Shown here: piece after piece, positions 42,964 through 51,577 of the stretch
Position numbering within the stretch: the first letter of the stretch is position 1
Layout of the letters: every line of letters starts with the position of its first letter
NCBI GenBank assembly: GCA_964547185.1
Contig: CAZJMG010000001.1
Location: 61,233-125,232 of the forward strand
Source of the DNA: an uncultured Sphaerochaeta sp.
Lineage (GTDB): Bacteria > Spirochaetota > Spirochaetia > Sphaerochaetales > Sphaerochaetaceae
Direction: 5' to 3'
DNA length: 64,000 bases
Notes under the pieces: model-generated
Told to the model about the DNA's origin: nothing
The model's database searches: none
What the model saw: the letters and a program-made list of their open reading frames with translations, nothing else
Program-made: the position numbers and the translations under genes

Positions 42964-44008
42964 ATTGGAGACAACCTTGAGTTCCTACACCCAGAAGCTG
43001 CCTGAAGGAATCACCTTGCAGGTATTCAACCATGATACTCTCATTTTTTCAGACAGCGGACGCTGGCTGACCCCTCTCTTCGCTTTTGAAACCTTTCTCC
43101 TCTCTTATGAAGGAGATAGAGACTGTCTTTCTGCCCATGACACAGCAGCGGGAAAAGCTGCTGCTGTATTGATGGCCAAAATGGGTATCAAGAGGGCTCA
43201 TATCAACCTTATAAGCTCTCTGGCCCTAGAGTATTACCAGAGACAGGGCATTGAAATCTCCTATGAAACAAAGATCGAAAAACTCGCTTGTAAAACGGAG
43301 AGTCTATTGGAACCAATGACCGAAGACCTAGAGATGTATCGCATCTTACGCACACGAGCCAAATTGGTAAGCGGAGTTTCTGTACAGGTAAACGAGGTAT
43401 CCTTTTCCTACCCTGAGCAGAGCCCGATTCTCAACAAGCTCTCTTTTGCTGTTGAGCGTGGAGGCCGTCTCTTGATCGAGGGGGACAACGGCATGGGCAA
43501 GACGACCTTGTTGAACCTGCTTATGGGAAAACTCAAGCCGACGGAGGGCACCATACTCATCGATGAACAAGCACCCCATGAGCTTGTGAAACGAACCATC
43601 GGATATATCAAACAACAACCGACTGATCAACAGTATCCTGTATCTGCAAGAGAGGTGGTAAGCATGGCTGTCGATCCCAGCCTGAAGAAGGAACAACAGC
43701 GATGGGAAATAGATACAGCCTTACGGCGTACCGGAATCATCCATCTCGCGAACCGAAACTTCTTTACCCTCAGCGGAGGAGAGAGGCAAAAGGTCTCACT
43801 CTCACGCTCGCTCTGCCAGAAAGCCAGACTACTTTTACTCGATGAGCCCACCTCCTTTTTGGACACAAAGAGCAGAAGGACCTTCATCGATGTGTTGCAA
43901 TCGCTGACCATACAAGAGATGCCCACGATCATAATAGTCACTCATGATAAAGCTCTCGAATTGGAACTTGGGTGGCCTACCTTGCATCTAGGAGGAAGTG
44001 ATGTCTGA
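42953..44008 (+). CDS. metal-type ABC transporter ATP-binding protein with an N-terminal DUF1893-like domain
   Basis: C-terminal ABC ATPase (GDNGMGKTTLLNL, LSGGERQKV, LLLLDEPTSFLD). The N-terminal ~135 aa resemble DUF1893/TM1506 (D.AAGKAAAVLMAKMGIK...ISSLALEYYQRQGIEISY). The true start may be TTG 42977, 6 nt after GGAG and after the hairpin. Confidence 0.85.
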   Translation: MAFLLETTLSSYTQKLPEGITLQVFNHDTLIFSDSGRWLTPLFAFETFLLSYEGDRDCLSAHDTAAGKAAAVLMAKMGIKRAHINLISSLALEYYQRQGIEISYETKIEKLACKTESLLEPMTEDLEMYRILRTRAKLVSGVSVQVNEVSFSYPEQSPILNKLSFAVERGGRLLIEGDNGMGKTTLLNLLMGKLKPTEGTILIDEQAPHELVKRTIGYIKQQPTDQQYPVSAREVVSMAVDPSLKKEQQRWEIDTALRRTGIIHLANRNFFTLSGGERQKVSLSRSLCQKARLLLLDEPTSFLDTKSRRTFIDVLQSLTIQEMPTIIIVTHDKALELELGWPTLHLGGSDV

Positions 44009-44816
44009 TTTTCTTTTTGCCCTCAGTCTCGCCCCGGTTTCAAAGGGCCTTTTAGCCATGGCTATCGCCGGACTCTGCTTTCCAGCAGCAGGCGTGATGG
44101 TCCTGCGACTCAACCTGGTCCCGATGCGCTACATGCTTATGCACGGGGTTATTCTAGGAGGAGCCATATCTCTTGCTCTATCCTTACCGGTACTGCCTGT
44201 CAGCATCCTGCTCAATCTCCTGTTGGTCTTCCTGATGCTCTTTTTCACAAAGGATACCAGCCATGGCTTTGGTCTTGCCAGTGCCGCTGCAATGGTATTC
44301 ACGATGGCGGCAGCTTCTCTGGTCATGCACATATGGGACGTTCCTGCAAAAGACACCCTGCAACTGCTTTGGGGAAGTCCGTTTGCCCTGACTTGGGCAG
44401 ATATAGGTGCCCTTATTGCAATAGCTACTGTACTGTTGGTGTATTTTATCCTGAACTTCAGGACGATCAGCGCCGTGTTCTTCGACCAAGAAATCGCTCA
44501 GTCATTGGGGATGCAGGTCAAGATGCACTATACGTTGATGGTACTCATCATCGCTTTGGTAATCGCTTTTGCCATGAAACTGCTTGGGGCTCTGTTGATC
44601 GATGCGCTCTTGATCCTCCCTGTCATGATTGCAGGCAAGCGTTCACACAGTTTAAAACAACTGGTCATTACCTCATGCCTCATCGGCCTGACCATCTCAA
44701 CCTTGGGTTTTCTCGCTGCAATAGCAACCGACCTTCCCCCCAGTGGTACGATAGCATCGCTTTCGGCTTTGTTGTATCTCATACCAATTTCATCATTAAA
44801 AGGAAAAAACAAATGA
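43998..44816 (+). CDS. metal ABC transporter permease (ZnuB/TroCD-like)
   Basis: 272 aa, about 8-9 TM, overlaps the ATPase stop. ABC-3 family-like pattern. Confidence 0.85.
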   Translation: MMSDFLFALSLAPVSKGLLAMAIAGLCFPAAGVMVLRLNLVPMRYMLMHGVILGGAISLALSLPVLPVSILLNLLLVFLMLFFTKDTSHGFGLASAAAMVFTMAAASLVMHIWDVPAKDTLQLLWGSPFALTWADIGALIAIATVLLVYFILNFRTISAVFFDQEIAQSLGMQVKMHYTLMVLIIALVIAFAMKLLGALLIDALLILPVMIAGKRSHSLKQLVITSCLIGLTISTLGFLAAIATDLPPSGTIASLSALLYLIPISSLKGKNK

Positions 44817-45580
44817 AGAAACACCTTCCCTTCTGCCTGATTCTACTCGCTCTTGCTGTTCCTCTTTCAGGACAAGGAACTACAGAAAAAGCAACAGAAA
44901 GCAAGACCTCTGTTGTTGCATCCACCAGCTGGACAGCCGCATTCGCCGATCTTGGGGGACTTGACGATGTTGCGCACATCGCACCGGCAAACCTCATTCA
45001 TCCCCCTGAGTATGAAATAACCGTAAGCGACGTGATACAGATCAATCGTGCCGACTATTTCATCTATGCAGGCTATGAGCGCATGATGCAGAGCATGGGA
45101 GATTCAATCAAGAAAGATTCTGATTCGATGATCCAGATTCATACCAACAACAGTGTTGAAAACGTCAAAGCACAAGCGCTGAAAATTGCACAGATCATGG
45201 GGACAGAGGAGAAAAGCGCCCCTCGTGTGGCACGCTATGAAGAAGCGGTAAAGACAGGAGCACAACGGGCAAAAGAGCTTGGCTTGACTGAACTGAACGT
45301 CTACTGCCATTCCATGCAGGTGTATCTTGCAAAGGACCTAGGTCTCTCTGTTGCCGGGACTTTCGGCCCAGGTCCACTGAGTGCTGCCCAAATAGCAGAG
45401 GTAGCAAAAGGAGGGTATGGCTTGATCATTGATAATATTCACAACCCCATAGCCTCCCCTTTGTTGGAAGTATCAAAAGAGAGCAGGTTGGTGGTATGGA
45501 GAAACTTTCCAGAAAGCGGTAATAGAAACAGTCTTCAGACGATGGTACAGGCAAACATCGATGCCCTATTAGATATTTGA
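44813..45580 (+). CDS. metal ABC transporter substrate-binding protein (ZnuA/TroA-like, short)
   Basis: ATG 44813 overlaps the permease stop (ATGA). Signal peptide MKKHLPFCLILLALAVPLSG. VVASTSWTAAFADLGG and HPPEYE motifs. The long ORF from 44333 is an artefactual extension. Confidence 0.8.
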   Translation: MKKHLPFCLILLALAVPLSGQGTTEKATESKTSVVASTSWTAAFADLGGLDDVAHIAPANLIHPPEYEITVSDVIQINRADYFIYAGYERMMQSMGDSIKKDSDSMIQIHTNNSVENVKAQALKIAQIMGTEEKSAPRVARYEEAVKTGAQRAKELGLTELNVYCHSMQVYLAKDLGLSVAGTFGPGPLSAAQIAEVAKGGYGLIIDNIHNPIASPLLEVSKESRLVVWRNFPESGNRNSLQTMVQANIDALLDI

Positions 45581-45593
45581 CAACCTCTAAAAC

Positions 45594-45622
45594 ATGATAG
45601 CCTCCATGAAGGAGGCTATCAT
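45594..45622. terminator. bidirectional stem-loop between the ABC operon and the convergent catabolic operon
   Basis: ATGATAGCCTCC-atgaa-GGAGGCTATCAT: 12-bp perfect stem. Confidence 0.65.
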
Positions 45623-45627
45623 ACTCA

Positions 45628-46446
45628 CTAGTTGTAATATGCTGAATACTTACTTTTCAAGAACGAAACCGTCCTCTGTGCAGCCGTCTCTGCATCAGGA
45701 TACGGCAAGATTTCTGCTGTAGTCCATCCATCGTATCCAATGCTCTTGAGCGCAGAGAACACCTCGTCCCAATCCATATGGCCATCACCGGGGGCGTGCC
45801 GGTTTGTATCAGCAAAGTGAACATACCTGACATAGCGCTTGTTTCTTATGAAGCTTTCACCGATTTTGTCATCTTCGATGTTCATATGAAACACATCGGG
45901 CATCATGACAAAATTCTTCCGATTGATCTTGTCCAGCAGAGCCGAACACTCATCAAGGTTATTGATATAGTCTATCTCGTATCGATTGACCGGTTCGAGT
46001 ATCAAATCAACACCACGTTTCTGCCCATGATCGGCGACCTTGTGAGCCATATCCAGAAACAGGTCTTCAACCAGTTTGGCATTTCGCCCGGCGATCGGCC
46101 CACGAGTCCTTCCAATATTCACCAATCCGCCAAAATCTGCCGCCAAGTCGATGAACTCACAGAAGGTTTTATACAAATCTTCTCGATTTTCTTTGTTCTC
46201 ATCGGTAAAGTACAGATTTCTTGCAGCAAACACCTGTCCGGAGGAAATTGCACTGACTTCAAGACTGTTGTCGGCCAGCCACTGCTTCAGTTCCTGTTTA
46301 GATACTTCCGAAGGATCTTTGAGTGCAAGCTCCACCCCGTCATATCCCAGTTCGTGAGCCTTGATGATTGATTGCTTCACGCCTCTGAACACAACAAAAG
46401 CATTAGGCATTGCCTCTTTCGAGGCAATAGCTACAGATAATTTCAT
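45628..46446 (-). CDS. sugar phosphate isomerase/epimerase (xylose-isomerase-like TIM barrel)
   Basis: 272 aa. GYDGVEL, LEPVNRYE, VHFADTNR metal-ligand pattern. Confidence 0.85.
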   Translation of the reverse strand: MKLSVAIASKEAMPNAFVVFRGVKQSIIKAHELGYDGVELALKDPSEVSKQELKQWLADNSLEVSAISSGQVFAARNLYFTDENKENREDLYKTFCEFIDLAADFGGLVNIGRTRGPIAGRNAKLVEDLFLDMAHKVADHGQKRGVDLILEPVNRYEIDYINNLDECSALLDKINRKNFVMMPDVFHMNIEDDKIGESFIRNKRYVRYVHFADTNRHAPGDGHMDWDEVFSALKSIGYDGWTTAEILPYPDAETAAQRTVSFLKSKYSAYYN

Positions 46447-46455
46447 GGCAGGCTC

Positions 46456-47733
46456 CTACATTTCCTTGATCAAGGAAAGATCCCCGCAGGATGCTGAGCG
46501 AAGCAGAGGCTGCATATAGACATCCACATCACTGCTGCTCATCGGAACCGGCATGTTCTTCAGCTTCATCTCAAGCTGAGGGTCCTTGGCGGCATTCAGT
46601 GCGCGTTCAATATGGACTGTGCTGAAGCCTTTGAGATCTTCAAGCTTCGTTGGTGCCTTGATCGATGCACTGAAGTCAATCATTGCCTGGGCAACTGCTA
46701 CGGCAAGTTCTCTTCCTTCAAGGTTGTCCACAGAAGAGCCAAACCCGAATTGTGCGAAGATCGAGCCGACCACCTTCAGTTGCTTCTGAATCGCCTTCTC
46801 ATACAACACTGCATAATAAGGATTCATGATTCCACAGGCTGTACCATGGCTGACGATATCAACCAAGGAGAAGCTGGTAAGGTGAGCTCCGCTGGTGCCC
46901 CCGATCATGATCGCGTACCCTCCGAGATCGGTTGCAAGGCCGATGGCCTCTCTCGCCTTTACATTCGTGGGGTCATCAATCAGCGTCTTTGCATACTCAG
47001 CAACCAAACTGATGGCACATTCTGCTATTTCACGAGCTTTTTCATAGGTATCTTCCTTGGCACCACAGAACACCTCAAAGGTATGTGCAATTGCATCAAG
47101 GGCTCCATCGATGGTAACACTGATCGGCATGGAAATGGTTGTCTCATAGTCAAACAACCCAACAGTGGGAACTACTGCCATATCCACGATAAGCTTCTTC
47201 TGCCCAACGACAGGATCGGTGATATTCGAATACTTGGTCAGATGAGCGCCGCTACTTGCAGAGGTCTGCACAGCAATTACCGGGATCAAAGAGGTATTGG
47301 TTTGCTGTAAAGCCTGTGTAACCATATTGGTCCCGAAGTAGTGGTCGATCTCACAGGTAACCTTGCCACCTAAAGCAGCGAGTGCATTGGCAGCCTTCAC
47401 GGCATCAATAGCAGAACCGCCGCCGACCACTACGATGCTGTCAGGCCTATGGTGCAGAATGTAGGACTCAAGTCTGTACACATCCTCACGGGGAGCGTTC
47501 GGCTTTGCATCAGGGGCGATGACGCCTCCCGCAAGCTCAACCCCTGCTGCATTGAGGTATGAAACAACTTTGTCTGCAACACTTTTCATATAGGTGGTAT
47601 TGCTCACAACCAGTGCACGCTTGCCGAACTTGGCAGCAAGACTTCCTACCTGATCGAGGACACCTAGTCCGTGGACATATGAGTCCCCCTTCCATTCATT
47701 GAGTAGCGTATAAGCACGTTTCATTTGATCCAT
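46456..47733 (-). CDS. iron-containing (group III) alcohol dehydrogenase family protein
   Basis: 425 aa. GGGSAIDAVKA NAD-binding motif and a His-rich metal site (AHTFE, GAHLTSFS..HG). Confidence 0.88.
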   Translation of the reverse strand: MDQMKRAYTLLNEWKGDSYVHGLGVLDQVGSLAAKFGKRALVVSNTTYMKSVADKVVSYLNAAGVELAGGVIAPDAKPNAPREDVYRLESYILHHRPDSIVVVGGGSAIDAVKAANALAALGGKVTCEIDHYFGTNMVTQALQQTNTSLIPVIAVQTSASSGAHLTKYSNITDPVVGQKKLIVDMAVVPTVGLFDYETTISMPISVTIDGALDAIAHTFEVFCGAKEDTYEKAREIAECAISLVAEYAKTLIDDPTNVKAREAIGLATDLGGYAIMIGGTSGAHLTSFSLVDIVSHGTACGIMNPYYAVLYEKAIQKQLKVVGSIFAQFGFGSSVDNLEGRELAVAVAQAMIDFSASIKAPTKLEDLKGFSTVHIERALNAAKDPQLEMKLKNMPVPMSSSDVDVYMQPLLRSASCGDLSLIKEM

Positions 47734-47744
47734 CTTTCACTCTC

Positions 47745-48665
47745 CTATTTGTTGCATAGAGCCTTGGCGCGTGCTGCAATATGCTCTGCACTAATTCCAT
47801 ACTTTGCCAAAAGCGGTTCATAAGGGCCGGACTCGGCAAAGACATCCTCAATCCCAATAGCATCAAACGCACAGGATACTCCATTCTTCATACAGGCTTC
47901 GCTCACTGCAGAGGCAAAACCCCCATTCAAAACGTGTTCCTCTACACAAAGCAGACGTCCCGTCTTCTGTACACTCGCACGCACGCTTGCAAAATCCAAG
48001 GGTTTCACCATAGGAACGCACAACACCTCTGCCTTGATGCCATCATGCATCAACAACTCAGCTGCTTTATTCGCATACCCGGCCGTGATGCCATTTGCGG
48101 CAATCGTTACCTCAGATCCTTCTACCGAGCAAACCGTTCCAAGAGTTTCTCCTGCTGGAAGATCGGGCATGGGGTTCCTGTTGAGGCGGATATATACCGG
48201 TCCTTTCTGGTTCAGCGCATACTCCAAGGCTTGTTCGGCCTGCTTTGCATCACAGGGGACGATCACTTGCATATTGGGAAGCGCACGCATGATTGCAATA
48301 TCGGTAATCGCTTGATGGCTTGCACCGTCAAACGAGTCGGATAGGCCACCATAGGCCCCTGCAATGATTACCGGAAGATCGTTGTAGCACAGCGTGTTGC
48401 GGATCTGGTCGGTACCCTTCAAGGCAAGAAAAATGGCAAACGCATTTACCACTGGATGAAATCCTGCAGTAGCCATTCCCGCAGCAATGTCAACCATATT
48501 TGCTTCGGCCACTCCAATATTGAAGAACCGATCGGGAAAATTTTTGGCAAAATAGGAACTCTTTGTGGAGGAGGACACATCAGCATCCAACACAACCAAT
48601 TCAGGGTGCGTTGCTCCCAATTCGGCAAGCTTTTTGCCAAAAGCATCTCTCATAGCAACACTCAT
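47745..48665 (-). CDS. transketolase, C-terminal subunit, set 2
   Basis: 306 aa. FFNIGVAEANMVDIAAGMA. ATGA-type overlap with the N-subunit gene. Confidence 0.92.
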   Translation of the reverse strand: MSVAMRDAFGKKLAELGATHPELVVLDADVSSSTKSSYFAKNFPDRFFNIGVAEANMVDIAAGMATAGFHPVVNAFAIFLALKGTDQIRNTLCYNDLPVIIAGAYGGLSDSFDGASHQAITDIAIMRALPNMQVIVPCDAKQAEQALEYALNQKGPVYIRLNRNPMPDLPAGETLGTVCSVEGSEVTIAANGITAGYANKAAELLMHDGIKAEVLCVPMVKPLDFASVRASVQKTGRLLCVEEHVLNGGFASAVSEACMKNGVSCAFDAIGIEDVFAESGPYEPLLAKYGISAEHIAARAKALCNK

Positions 48666-49552
48666 AGCGCAGCCTCCTTCTTCTTCAGGTCAGCGACAAG
48701 CTCCTCAATGCCCTTCGCATAAGAGGAATCATCAATGACAGCTCCATGCCAAGTGTTCTTTCCTTCGGTGAACGAAACACCCTTGCCTTTGGTGGTATTA
48801 TAGATTACGGCCTTAGGCCATTCATCAGAACTATCCATCCAAGTAAAGGAATCGAGAATTTCTTGGGTATCGTGTCCATCATAGGCTCTTGGTGCTACAT
48901 GCCAACCGAACGAGGAGAGCTTTTCAGAGAGTGGGCCAAGCGGCATGATTTGCTCTTCGGTGCCATCGAGCTGTACCTTGTTGTAGTCGATCATCAATAC
49001 AAATCGCTCGCTTTTGAACTTCGCTCCGCTCATCATCGCTTCCCAAGTCTGTCCCTCGTTCAGACATCCTTCACCACTGATGACGTAGGTCCAATATGTT
49101 TTCTTTGCAAGCTTGGCGGCCAGAGCCATGCCCAGGCCAATCGACAATCCGTGTCCAAGAGCACCTGTTGACATGTCGACTCCGGGTGTCTTGTTCATGC
49201 AAGGATGTCCTTGCAAACGGCTGTTCAGCTCGCGGAACGTAGAGAGCTCCTCGACGGGAAAAAACCCCCTATGAGCAAGCATCGTGTACAAATTAATCGA
49301 GGCATGGCCTTTTGAAAGGATGACGCGGTCGCGATCTTCCCATCTCGGCTCATCTGTCTTGATTGAGAGTCGGTTGAAATAAAGACAGGTCATCAGCTCT
49401 GCACTCGACGCTGCTCCACCCCAATGTCCGGTACCCTTCTGATGAAGAACATCGAACATCACTGTTCTAAAATATGCTGCCAGGGCAGCAAGTTCTTTTG
49501 CATTGAACGTGCTGTTTGGCTGACAGAGTAGATCCTTAACACTTTTTTGCAT
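48662..49552 (-). CDS. transketolase, N-terminal (TPP-binding) subunit, set 2
   Basis: 296 aa. TGHWGGAASS, SKGHASINLY, GALGHG, GEGCLNEG. Confidence 0.92.
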   Translation of the reverse strand: MQKSVKDLLCQPNSTFNAKELAALAAYFRTVMFDVLHQKGTGHWGGAASSAELMTCLYFNRLSIKTDEPRWEDRDRVILSKGHASINLYTMLAHRGFFPVEELSTFRELNSRLQGHPCMNKTPGVDMSTGALGHGLSIGLGMALAAKLAKKTYWTYVISGEGCLNEGQTWEAMMSGAKFKSERFVLMIDYNKVQLDGTEEQIMPLGPLSEKLSSFGWHVAPRAYDGHDTQEILDSFTWMDSSDEWPKAVIYNTTKGKGVSFTEGKNTWHGAVIDDSSYAKGIEELVADLKKKEAAL

Positions 49553-49617
49553 GCAGGAAACTCCTTATCAATGTTTGTAAACAGGGAAACATTTCCAATG
49601 TTTACTAACATTGTGTA

Positions 49618-49658
49618 CTGTATACAATATAGATACCATGTAGAAGGAATCTTGTCAA
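49618..49658 (-). promoter_or_regulatory. sigma-70-type promoter with an overlapping TGTATACA operator (tkt2 operon)
   Basis: Minus strand: TTGACA (49658-49653), 17 nt, TATCTA (49635-49630), then TTGTATACAG (49627-49618) at about +1. Further palindromes TGTTT-GT-AAACA and AATGTT-tact-AACATT lie in the leader (49572-49613). Confidence 0.4.
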
Positions 49659-49773
49659 AGGTATTCTTGTATCATCTTGGTATTTTCTGATTTTCCTTCA
49701 GTAATTCTCTAAAAAATATGGATTATTACTTTCCTTTAGCTTTTTTTATTTATAGATTTCGCTTATACGTTTT

Positions 49774-49818
49774 TTGTACACAATTTGCATTGACGAATAG
49801 GAATTTTCCTTTTACAGT
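49774..49818 (+). promoter_or_regulatory. candidate promoter of the GntR-DUF362 operon with an upstream TTGTACACAA palindrome
   Basis: TTGTACACAA (49774-49783), TTGACG (49790-49795), 17 nt, TACAGT (49813-49818). Confidence 0.35.
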
Positions 49819-49844
49819 AAAGGATAGTAATTGGGGGTACCAGT

Positions 49845-50486
49845 ATGCCTAAATGTATACAAAACAGTCTTTCTGACCAAGTCTATACCATGCTCAAAGA
49901 GCAGATCCTCAGCGGCCAACTCAAAGGAGGGATGAAAATACCAGAAGAATCCCTCGCTGAGCAATTCGGCGTTTCCAGAACTCCAATTCGGGAAGCAATC
50001 CGGCGTCTGAGCGAGTACGGCCTGATCACCATCAAACCCAGAAGCCACGCTGTAGTTTCCCTTATATCAGAGCAGGAAGCAAACGACATCGCAAAAGTGC
50101 GAGTAACGCTTGAACAGCTGGCCATAGATTCCATCGACGAAACATCGTATGCCGCAAACGTGAAGGAGCTTTCGCGCTATGCCGCCGATTGCCAATACGC
50201 AATGGGTATAGGGGACAGGGCAACCGTATTCGAGCAAGACAGCTTGTTTCATTTAGCCTTGATTCGTGCTTCTCGAAACAGCGCATTGATCAACATCTGT
50301 GAGCGCCTTGATGCAAAAATCCAACAGCTTCGTATTGCACAAAACCTTCCAGAAGATGAGCTTTCCTACTACCTCAACCAGCATGCCCAGATGATGACAC
50401 TGCTGAAAAACGGAGAGAAGGAAGCGTGCAAACGCTTATTGTACGAACATATCACCCATGATTTGACCAGCGGGATGAATGCATGA
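49845..50486 (+). CDS. GntR-family transcriptional regulator (FCD-type)
   Basis: wHTH GGMKIPEESLAEQFGVSRTPIREAIRRLSEYGLI plus a helical ligand-binding domain. Confidence 0.9.
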   Translation: MPKCIQNSLSDQVYTMLKEQILSGQLKGGMKIPEESLAEQFGVSRTPIREAIRRLSEYGLITIKPRSHAVVSLISEQEANDIAKVRVTLEQLAIDSIDETSYAANVKELSRYAADCQYAMGIGDRATVFEQDSLFHLALIRASRNSALINICERLDAKIQQLRIAQNLPEDELSYYLNQHAQMMTLLKNGEKEACKRLLYEHITHDLTSGMNA

Positions 50487-51577
50487 AGAGAAATGACATC
50501 ATCATTACTTACGGTTCCAATCCTCTCAACATGACAGAAAAGCTGTTGCAGGCCATCGATATTGAATCGCTTATTTCGAACAAACAAGCCTCAATTGCTC
50601 TCAAACCCAATCTCGTAGTTGCCGCAACAGCCGAAGGGGGAGCAACCACGCACCCTGAGATTCTTGTGTCAATAATCGAACATCTGCAGAAAAAAGGGTA
50701 TCACAACATCTCAATAGTAGAGAGTGCTTGGGTTGGGGATTCCACCAAGGAAGGCTTTCGGGTAAACGGATATCAGCAGATCAGTAAAAAATATAAAGTC
50801 CCTCTCATCGATGTGAAGGATGACAGCTATGAGAAGAAGACGGTTGATGGAATCACCATGGAGGTCAGTAAGGCCATACTCGATACAGATTTCTTGATCA
50901 GCCTTCCTGTACTGAAAGGACATTGCCAGACGGCTATGACCTGCGCCCTTAAGAATATGAAAGGATGTCTATCTGATAGGTCAAAAAGACAGTTCCATAC
51001 CTTGGGCCTCCATCGACCTATTGCAGCCCTGAACAAAGTCCGATCTGCTGATTTGGTAATTGTAGACAGCCTTAATGGTGATTTGGATTTTGAGGAAGGG
51101 GGGAACCCTGTTGAGACAAACAGGATGTTCGCCTGTCGTGATAGTGTACTGTGCGATAGTTTTGGAGCCTCTCTGATGGGTTTCGAGCTCAAGGATATTC
51201 CATATATCGAAATGGCTCAGAATCTCGGTGTCGGTACTACTGATGTACAGAATGCTAATTTCATCCAGCTCAATGAACCCAGCGAAGAGTCGGTATCCCG
51301 TCCTACAGGAAGAGCGAACTACCTCAGTCGCTATACAGAGCCGAAGAGTGCCTGCTCAGCGTGCTACGGAAACCTCATTCATGCTCTCAAGAGACTGGAC
51401 GAGGTGAATCGCCTCAAGAACATCAAACATCAGATTTGTATCGGTCAGGGGTACAAGGGTGAATCCGACCTTTCAAAAGTTGGTGTCGGGGTCTGTACAA
51501 GGGGTTTGGGGAAAAGCCTTTCAGGCTGCCCTCCGAAAGCCATCGATATGATCAAGTTCATCAAGGAATTAGAATAA
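50483..51577 (+). CDS. DUF362 domain-containing protein
   Basis: ATGA overlap with the gntR stop. IALKPNLVVAATAEGGATTHPEILVSIIEHLQKKG is typical of DUF362. C-terminal Cys pairs (CSACYGNL, CTRGLGKSLSGC). Confidence 0.75.
   Translation: MKRNDIIITYGSNPLNMTEKLLQAIDIESLISNKQASIALKPNLVVAATAEGGATTHPEILVSIIEHLQKKGYHNISIVESAWVGDSTKEGFRVNGYQQISKKYKVPLIDVKDDSYEKKTVDGITMEVSKAILDTDFLISLPVLKGHCQTAMTCALKNMKGCLSDRSKRQFHTLGLHRPIAALNKVRSADLVIVDSLNGDLDFEEGGNPVETNRMFACRDSVLCDSFGASLMGFELKDIPYIEMAQNLGVGTTDVQNANFIQLNEPSEESVSRPTGRANYLSRYTEPKSACSACYGNLIHALKRLDEVNRLKNIKHQICIGQGYKGESDLSKVGVGVCTRGLGKSLSGCPPKAIDMIKFIKELE

Noticed and set aside
44333-44812. The 160-codon N-terminal extension of the 415-aa ORF 44333..45580.
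   Set aside because: It lies entirely inside the ABC permease gene in another frame and is Cys/Arg/Pro-rich nonsense. The real start is ATG 44813, which overlaps the permease stop (ATGA) and opens a classical signal peptide (MKKHLPFCLILLALAVPLSG).
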